The notes under the pieces were generated by a model. The model worked only from the letters and a program-made list of their open reading frames with translations. It was not told the origin of the DNA and did no database searches. Below, in pieces: positions 55,141 through 64,000 of a DNA stretch of 64,000 bases (position 1 is the first letter of the stretch; each line of letters begins with the position of its first letter). Made by a program: the position numbers and the translations under genes. The stretch comes from Eledone cirrhosa (lineage: Eukaryota): contig OZ024743.1 in the NCBI GenBank assembly GCA_964016885.1, positions 195,734,001 to 195,798,000 on the forward strand, in the 5' to 3' direction.

Positions 55141-55183
55141 ACGGTGCTGATGACAGCTAATAAACTAGAAACTAGATCATTGT
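55141..55183 (+). ncRNA. Type I hammerhead motif (family C)
   Basis: ACGGTG-CTGATGA-CAGCTAATAAACTA-GAA-ACTAGA-T-CATTGT; 6-bp stem I. Confidence 0.65.
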
Positions 55184-55610
55184 TCCTTTGTCAGTGTTGA
55201 ACAAAATGGCAACGATGGTTGCCGAACATTCTACGGCTAATAATTCGGGCTGTTTGTCTCCAAACAAACCGAGCATTATAATAAATGTACGGTAAACCCA
55301 TAAGTACACGTATATATGTGTGCATGTATGTATGTATGTATATACATACTACTGTACGTCTGTATACATATATGTATGTACGTATAGATACTTATATTTA
55401 AGTATCAGCCGTACTAAGAGTGAGAAAGGAAATTTCATTTTTTCCATTTATATATATATATATATATATATATAAGTTGAAGAGATATTTAATTTGCTGG
55501 AAATTCAACAAATATAGATGTTTATAACTGATACTGAGCACTCGACAGTGTTCTCGAGTAATTATTCAATGATATTAAATAAATGGAAACTATATTTATA
55601 AAACCATATT

Positions 55611-55672
55611 TATTCTATTATAGATATTTCAAGGGTGCCAACAACTTTGGTACGCTTTCATCAGATAAAATA
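55611..55672 (-). ncRNA. Minimal type I hammerhead ribozyme (family A)
   Basis: Left arm of inverted pair 55567-55675 / 55736-55845; intact CTGATGA...GAAA..TA core. Confidence 0.8.
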
Positions 55673-55738
55673 CAAAGAGTGTTTTATAAATTTTGACATA
55701 GCCAAGGAAAACATACCTCATCAGTTGAATATTCCTTG

Positions 55739-55800
55739 TATTTTATCTGATGAAAGCGTACCAAAGTTTTTGGTACCCTTGAAATATATATAATAGAATA
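55739..55800 (+). ncRNA. Minimal type I hammerhead ribozyme (family A)
   Basis: TATTTTAT-CTGATGA-AAGCGTACCAA AGTTT TTGGTACCCTT-GAAA-TATATA-TA-ATAGAATA: 8-bp stem I, 10/11-bp stem II, palindromic stem III; predicted cleavage after 55792. Confidence 0.85.
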
Positions 55801-55839
55801 AATATGGTTTTATAGATATAGTTTCCATTTATTTAATAT

Positions 55840-55870
<31 letters not shown>

Positions 55871-55946
55871 GTTTTAATATAGATACTCGGCTATGTATTG
55901 AGTACCTTACTTACTGTGGTTACCTCCGATTCAACCCGGAATAACG

Positions 55947-55983
<37 letters not shown>

Positions 55984-56174
55984 ATGTATATCTCTATATA
56001 TCTCTATATATATGTGTGAGTGAGAGGGGAGTGTATATATACGTCGGGGTAGCGGTGTGTGTGTGTATGTGGGTTAGATAGTGTGTATTTCTATTTGTAT
56101 ATATGTGGGTGTGTATATATATACGTAAGGGTATTTATGGATATATATACGTAAGGGTGTTTATGCGTATGTAT

Positions 56175-56184
<10 letters not shown>

Positions 56185-56262
<78 letters not shown>
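56185..56262. repeat. (TG)n microsatellite
   Basis: Directly visible. Confidence 0.97.
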
Positions 56263-56264
<2 letters not shown>

Positions 56265-57171
56265 ACATGTGTAGCTGTGCGTATATGTGTGTACGCACAC
56301 ATACAGTATATATGTATATTTGTATAGGTCTTGTTTTTTTATTATGTCTGTAATGTATTGTTCCATATTTTTTATTTTTGTTTTATTTTATCTCCTTATC
56401 AGCTATATCGTACTCAGTTTGGCCCTTACCACTTATATTTTTATGTTATTATCTCAACTCCCTCAACCTTTACTTTTCATCACCAACGCATTCTCGTATT
56501 ACTTTATCTCCTTAATGATGACTTCTAACAATTTGACTCCAGACGGGTCGATGCGCATGGATGCACGGGACGATTTGACGAGGATAGTGAAAATAGCCGC
56601 TAATTTATCTGACCAAAAATAAACCAATGAGCAAGTACGGCTGAATACCACTATGTTAGAAAGTGTGCTAACTTAAGAAGGATTTCGGTAATTATTCAGG
56701 CAGTGTCAGACATGAGCCTACATATTAAAACGTATCTGAGGGGCTTCCGATTCCAGAATCAAGTTCGATCATTAATAGATCGCTCTTCAAGCTGATCGAC
56801 AGTGAAACATATGTAATATGTAAGAAATATGTATATGATGTAACACTGATTCTTTGTTCCTTATCTATTAATACTATTGATACTCTGTGCCCAAGAGCAT
56901 CGAGTGCTCACCCGGCATACCGCCTACGGAAGCAATTAACTTGCACCTTAACACACACATACACGCACACACACACATACATACACACACATATATATAT
57001 GTGTGTGTGTGTGTAAATAATTACAACACTGAATAAATGAGTTGGGGCCCAGAACCCAACAAAACTTGAGACTTGTTTATGTCACTGCTATAATTATTTA
57101 TACTAAACTCGTCCTATGGACTGAGTTCTCTTACTCTTTGATATTTCCACTTAACTTTTACTTCAGTATAT

Positions 57172-57290
57172 AGGCGTGTGGCAGAGCGGTAAGAGAATTG
57201 GATTCGTAATCGTGAGGTTGTGATTTTGATTCCCGGACCGAGTGGTGCATTATGTCCTTGAGCAAGACACTTTATTTCATGTTGCGCCTT
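57172..57290 (+). mobile_element. Partial tRNA-derived SINE (9421 family)
   Basis: GGCGTGTGGCAGAGCGGTAAG...TGTCCTTGAGCAAGACACTTTATTTCA. Confidence 0.7.
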
Positions 57291-60200
57291 CTATCTGGAG
57301 TTACGACCGATGGATAGTATTAGAAATTGGAAAGACCCATGGAAACATTGTTTCCTCGGTCCGATTTGACGAAAGTCGATCGACTGACGATATATATATA
57401 TATCGATATACATTAGTGAAAAGCACAAGCATTTACTTAACTTCTGTGTTTAGACGACGTAGGAAATTGTCAGAATGAGTTAAAGTCGATTACCTGTCAG
57501 AGTTTCGAATAGATATAACATAACTATGAAGGGGTCTACGTAGTTATTCAACATGCTAAATGTAGATGCTAAATATTTTTTAAATCTCGGCCTTCATAAA
57601 AAAATAAACGAAGTACATTTTGGAAAATTTACCCTTGGGTATATGAGAATATAGGGTTTTTTACGCTTGAATCACTTCTGATTTCTCATCGCTGCTCTAT
57701 CTGGCTAGGGCTAAACTGGTGATAAACAACAATATCCATATAAAAGATATTTTAGAACGAGCTAAGCTAATTTTTAGTAATAGCGTTTGACATCTGTTTA
57801 CAGAAATTACTAACGAACTTCATGAAAAACTAACTCATATATAATAGCAGATGAATGGGAAAAATCGATAGCTTGTCAGACAAAAAACCTTTGATATTGG
57901 GTTATATCACTTTACCTTTCAAGTGCATATCCCATCTAGTCTATTTTGTCATTTGCTCCTCTGACGCCGAGAAAATAAGTACTGGGATCGATATCAATAA
58001 ATGATTCAATCCTAAAGTGAGGCTCCAGTATAGACACAGTTCAATGAGTAAAACTGGTGTAAAGGAATAATATAATACATTAACCAGTCATGAAAAAGCT
58101 AACTAGGGAGAATTATTTGGCGAGAAATAAGCAATGTTAGAAAATTAATAATATTATTTTAGGGTTTTTTCATTGAATACAAAACACCAGCTTATGTTTT
58201 GACTCATTTAGTTATATTACAAAATAATATTTGAATATTACTCTTGATAATTTACATTGAATGGTCGGAGCCAACAATACGCAAGTGGTAGAATGTTTTT
58301 CTTTATGGTGGAGAGTAGATATTAATTTTGTAGAACAAAGAAAATACAATATTTACATGTATATTAAAAATATGCTCGAAATAGTGGAATGTCAAGTTTG
58401 AATAATTATATTTCATATAGCTCATATTTAATATATAAATACTTTAAACTACTTTCATTATCTAGGAATCTATATTCGTATTAAGCAACAATAAGAATAA
58501 TTTTTGTTAAAGCAAGTTCACTGAGTATAATGTGTCCTAATACCAACTTTTCTAATTTGCTAATACATACGCCATTACAGACAGCAACACTTACAGTTCC
58601 AATGTTCTGATCAATAACTGACTGCAACAATAAAAGTCTGACCATTACTCTTGTTGCTTGCATTACTTTTCTTGCTTTCCTTTTTGTTTTACATTTATCC
58701 TATTTTGTCCTGACTTTGAAATAATTCATTCCATTTCGGAAGCAAAACGTGAAGTTATAGGCAAGCAAGTACTATTTGAGAGGAGTGGCATTAATTTACT
58801 AACATTTCCTTTTCGAAATGAAACTAGAAAGCTTACATTTCATACACCTGTCAGTAATCATAAATTGTAACATTTCAAGTGAATTGGAAAATCATAGATC
58901 ACTGCCATGCCAAGCTACAATCTCTGAAACCTACTAGTCTGTTGAACAGAGCGATTGTTTACAAGGACTATGGCTTATATACCCTTAGTGACGCCTACCT
59001 TCTGCCTTTGTCACTTCTGTTCCATCACTTCCGAATAAAATGTTATTTTCGCAAGATGTTTTTCTTTGTCGCGTTCGAAAATGCCATAATACAGTTCTAC
59101 TTCCATAAATGATGGCAACAAGAAATAAATAAATATAAATCTCAAAACACAGGTGCATTTTCAGAATATAAGTCAAAACCAAAATAATGTGTGAATAGTG
59201 TATATTGTATCCATTTTAATATTCTCTGGGTCATATAAATTGACACATTAGAGAAGAAAGCATTTTTAATTGTAAATATAATAAATATTTTTTTTTATAT
59301 AGAGTAAACAATTTCTACGCATTCGATTTGTATGTACGTGTCAGTGTTTGTGTAATTTTGCCCATGAGAGTGAATTTAGATGTGCAATTGGAAACATAAC
59401 TAACTTACTGTCTATTTCTATATATGTATTCTTGTTCTTGTTGATATTATTCCCCATGTATTTTACACGATGAAATAGCAATTTCTAGTTTTAATTACTT
59501 CTCTGTATCGAATCTGATTTTCAAGTGGAAATTAAATGTTACTAAAACAGTAATTTGTTGTGAAAGGAACTAAGGTCGTAAAATCTAATATTAATGTCCA
59601 TGGGCTGATTCCATTAACAAAGTTTAATTCTTTGTTGCTAAATAACTTCACATTTCCCATTGATGCCCTAGGAATGCGACGTAAAATATTCGAAATAAAA
59701 GGATTTTAAGAATAGTTGGGTTAGAATGATAGTAGACTACCAGGCAAATATCAAAAACTCGTTTCATCGACAGCTGGCGAAACATTTATCAGTTTTAATA
59801 TGCTGTCTTATTGAGATGAGGCCATACCCTATGTATGAATTGAAAATAGATGTACTCTTATACAATGACATACTCTAGATCTACATCAAAACAATGAAGT
59901 AGAGTCTAAAAATAATACAATATGACACTCCCCAACAATTCTATTACATGTAGTGTTCTTTTTTTCTGAAAGAAAATCATGCAAACGAAATCGAGCAAAA
60001 TAAGTGAATCGTTTCACACACAAAACAAAAATAAAAGACAGATCTATACGCAGAAACATTTGGCTATGCACCTACATATCTAACACCACTTCAATCATTG
60101 CTCTCGATTCTTAGTGTTTCATATAACTAGCATAATTAATCAATTAATCACTTCTTTTGATTAAGATTATCATCAATAATTGTATAGATGTTGTCGACTG

Positions 60201-61283
60201 CATTGATACAATATATTCCACTTGTATATTTTATTGACTCCTAATGGATTGAAATGGGAAGTTGGTCTCGGAATGAACAATTAAAGCAATTTAATAATGT
60301 ATAGCATATAATTTACCCATTTTCTTCCCTTTATTCTCAATTACGAATCAATGACATATTCATGATTTCTCACTTCGATACACAACCACACATTTGTAAA
60401 GAAGTGGTCGATATCATTAAATTACTGGTATTTTATCGACCCTGAATGAAAAACAAATTCAGCTACTAACATGCAAAATGCCATAAACAAATTCTGCATT
60501 TGTTTTAATCTGCTTCTCTGCCTACCTACATCCGACGAAACAGTTGATTACCAATATTAATTATATAATCAATATATGAAATCTGCACAAACTTGATTTT
60601 TATATTCATCACCTCGTACATTATTAAACATGCACACATCTGCATTTAAAACATATTCCATTTCTTTCACTGCATTGATTTGTGCGATCAGATATGGGCG
60701 TTGATTTCTTTGCAGCCAACATAACTGTAATAAATGATGAGAGATGACACAATGACTGATAATTATTATTAGGTTTGTTATCAAAATTAAAATCAGTATT
60801 TTCAGCATCAACCTTGTTTATGAGGATTATTATTTTGTCTTGTGTAGGTGGAAACCTGCTATATCAGCAGATTCAATCATGAGTTGGCTGTTTTGCTGTG
60901 TTTGATGGTTAAGGCAACTGAGATTACATGGTAGATGAGAATGAAATTACTAAGGAGAGAAACGTTTCTCTTGATACAAACCCTCATTAACTTTCGCTCA
61001 ACGACCAGGAAAAAGACAAAAAGAATAATGTGATAGTGTCTGAAGAGACGAGATCCGTATTTATGGAGCAACTAAATGATTGACTATTGGCGCAAATCAG
61101 AGCAATAATCTGTAAACAGCTAAAGATTAGCTGCCAAAATGCTGTGGGATCTTCCTACCATGTGAGCAGTTGAGGTCATATTTTGTTGCTTTTCAACAAC
61201 AAATCATTTTGACAAGCTGCAACAATGATCAAGAATGAGATATTCAGCTTTTTTCAGGTACTCACAGATTCTAATAGCTATAC

Positions 61284-61378
<95 letters not shown>

Positions 61379-61399
61379 TATATGGTCTTCTGTATGGGG

Positions 61400-61570
61400 T
61401 GAGAGGAAAATCGATAACATCGAACCCTGTACTAAAGTGGTTCTTTATTTTATCGATTCCGGGAGGATGAAAGACAAGGTTGATCTCGGCGAGATTTAAA
61501 CTCAGAAATTAAAAAGCCAGACCAAATACTGCTGTGCATTTGTCCGACGCTCAACCGAATCTACCAATTC
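61400..61570 (-). mobile_element. tRNA-derived SINE (ATT-tailed superfamily core)
   Basis: TTATTTTATCGATTCCGGGAGGATGAAAGACAAGG..CTCGGCGAGATTTAAACTCAG. Confidence 0.7.
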
Positions 61571-61629
61571 ACGAAACTTGCTCTTGTAAAAGAAATAATT
61601 AAACCATTATCATTATTGGTGTTAGATGT

Positions 61630-61852
61630 AGGGTTGTGAATTGGCAGTATAGGTAGAGCGTTTGACATCAGGCTTCACGACATATAATTATGTCTCTTTA
61701 CATTCTGAATTCAAATCCCACCGAGGTTAGCATTGCCTTTCATCATTACGGGGTCGATAAAATAAAGTACAAATAATGCACAAGGGTCGATTTAATCGAC
61801 TTTCCTCCTCCACAAAATTGTTGGTCTTGTGCCTAAATCAGAAACTATTATT
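61630..61852 (+). mobile_element. Near full-length ATT-tailed SINE (longer subfamily)
   Basis: GTGAATTGGCAG..GAATTCAAATCCC..GCCTTTCATC..GGGGTCGATAAAATAAAGTAC..TCTTGTGCCTAAATCAGAAACTATTATT. Confidence 0.82.
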
Positions 61853-62717
61853 GGTAGTAATTGTCTGTTGAGCGATCTGGTAGAATGATATGTTAAATTG
61901 CTTGTCGTATTTAGTGTTTTCTCTCCGTGTTCTGATTATAAATCCCTCCAATATAGACTTTAAATTCCAACTTATTTTTCTCAATAAATACTTTCTATAA
62001 ACATCTAGAATGAATTTTGCCCTAGAAATTGTTGCTCTCTTCTATTCTATAGATATTCACGTGATGTTTTACTTTTATTTAATAGAATTAATTCTGATTT
62101 TTGTTTTCTCTTATTTCCACAGTCAGTTTTACACGGCGAGGAAATGACAGTTGAAACTTGTATATGTTTCTCACGGTTAATAGTTAGTTGAATTAGATTC
62201 TATGGTGAGTACTAACCGGTTAGTGCAAATAGCTAGACTCAAGAATATCTTTCTACAATATAAATTATATTTCATGAGTCAAAATATCGTACAGTTATTT
62301 GGGTAGGAGATGATACAATGTTGTAACATATATATATTTCTAAATGATATTTGAAATGCATAGGAAGTGAAATGTTTCAATTGTGAATAGAAATGGCTGA
62401 CCAGACACGTCGCAATTTGGTATGTTGCCTCTTATTAACACGACTCCCCAGAATGTGAATGAATATTAGTTAAATGCCTATGTATAGTGGTTCGTTAATT
62501 AACAGGATAAAAACACTTGTATAATTGAAGTAAAATGATTTCAATCTAGAATTGTAACCCGTGTCCTCGGCAGCACTTTCCAAAACAAAGTGTTGGTTTT
62601 TGCTATCATTGATAGAAAGTCCCTGTATTTTCTGTGGGAATAAATAGGATACGGGACTGGCCTAACGACTTAGGCAAACTGAAGTAGAATTAAATGATGG
62701 TTGAAACTATGGCACGT

Positions 62718-62785
62718 TTCTTCTTCTTCTTCTTCTTCTTCTTCTTCTTCTTCTTCTTCTTCTTCTTCTTCTTCTTCTTCTTCTT

Positions 62786-62815
<30 letters not shown>
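62718..62815. repeat. (TTC)n microsatellite
   Basis: Directly visible; abuts the Tx1 5' junction. Confidence 0.98.
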
Positions 62816-62816
<1 letters not shown>

Positions 62817-64000
62817 TGCGATACGTCATAGAGAGGGTAGGGTGTAAACCTGGCTTCGGTGGGGCACTGATCAATTTAGATCAATCGAAAGCATTCGATA
62901 GTGTCGACCATCGGTATCTGGAGTTTGTCTTCAAAGCAGCTGGCTTCAGCCCTGTCTTAAGAAGCTGGAACGCGGCACACACACGGTGGACAAGGTTAAT
63001 GGCCACCTCTTGGAACCAATTCAGGTCACCCGATCGGTCCGTCAAGGGTGCCCTATCTCCTCCCTTCTGTACGTATTGACTCTCGAACCTTTACTGCGGA
63101 AGCTGGAGCTGTTGCAGGGCATCCCGCTCGAACCGGGACGTGGAAAGGCGGTGTCGGCTTATGCGGACGACATCACCGTGATGGTGTCTGACACCTCAGA
63201 AATCGAGGTGGTAGGCACCTTATTGAAGGAACATGAAAGGTTGACAGGAGCCAAACTTAACCCGGAAAAGTCAGTGGGCTTGCAGCTCGGAACGAGGAGA
63301 GGCAAGCCTATGCCGTCCAACAGCGTCGTGGGGCGCTGGACGGACGGACCGGTAAAGTTGTTCGGGGTTTGGTTCGGGCCAGACCTCCAGGTGGATAAGA
63401 ATTGGGACGAGGTAACGAGCAGAGTAGCCAGTCTCACCCAAAAATGGGCTGAGCGGAAGGTATCACTGAAAGGTCGCGCGGAGGTGGCGAATGCGTACAT
63501 CGCGTCCGTCATCTACTACCGCCTGTACGTCGTGCCTTGCCCCCGTGCGCGCCTCGTCAAGTTGGAACGGCTCCTCTTCAAATTCTTGTGGAAAGGACAA
63601 GTTCCGTTGGTGAGGCGGTCCATCTGCTGCCAGCACCCTCTACGCGGAGGGCTGGGCATGCTTTGGCTAATGATGCGCAGACATGGGCTGAGTCTGCGAC
63701 ATCTCCAGATATTCTGCCTAAATGGTGAACAGGTGTGATCGCCGTTTATCAGACGGGCGTTTCCGCAGCTCATTTCTTTGACTGAGCTGCAGTTCTGGGT
63801 CAAGAAGAGACCGAAGCTGGGTTACTGGCACCTGGAATGTTGCCAGGAACTCACTGTCCTCTACCAAGAGGGCAATGCGACCAGTGAAATTTCCACTCTC
63901 GAGTTCTATAGAGGATTAGTGGTGGGCAAGTGCGATGACGCACTCAGAGAAGCTTTGGGCCTCGACGAAGTCAAACTGATCAGCCTGTACCGGAGTACTT
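62816..64000 (+). mobile_element. Second, divergent Tx1 family; 5'-truncated RT region starting at the (TTC)n edge, runs off window
   Basis: LINLDQSKAFD, VRQGCPIS, AYADD, WDEVTSRVA. Clearly related to, but much more diverged from, the ATT-tailed copies than they are from each other. Confidence 0.92.

Larger units (their letters stand above)
54535..55449. mobile_element. Retrozyme-like hammerhead repeat (family C): inverted segment + ~1.4 tandem copies of a ~430-bp unit
   Basis: 54840-55020 repeats at 55270-55449; 54535-54840 is the reverse complement of ~55055-55370; (TA)n flanks. Confidence 0.8.

Overview
Eukaryotic, AT-rich, repeat-dominated DNA with abundant (TA)n, (CA)n, (CATA)n, (ATT)n, (TC)n and (TTC)n microsatellites. 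The SINE types and TE mix suggest an octopus-like cephalopod (inference). No intact host gene is recognisable, and most short ORFs are microsatellite translations or antisense frames. Non-LTR retrotransposons present: four Tx1/L1-clade copies (one near full-length, 39115-44675), R4/Dong-like RT+RLE copies, CRE-like RLE fragments and RTE fragments. Also present: a Naiad-type Penelope-like element (RT + GIY-YIG), an internally deleted mariner, Helentron/HINE-like elements, hAT-like MITEs and many tRNA-derived SINEs. Most notable: (1) at least four distinct non-coding repeat families carrying minimal type I hammerhead ribozyme motifs, arranged as inverted or permuted-tandem copies in (TA)n tracts, including compensatory stem II changes, a U3-A8 core variant and a retrozyme-like ~430-bp unit; (2) apparent partitioning of microsatellite targets among retroelements (ATT, TTC, CATA, TA); (3) head-to-head fusions of unrelated 5'-truncated LINEs joined at microhomology.
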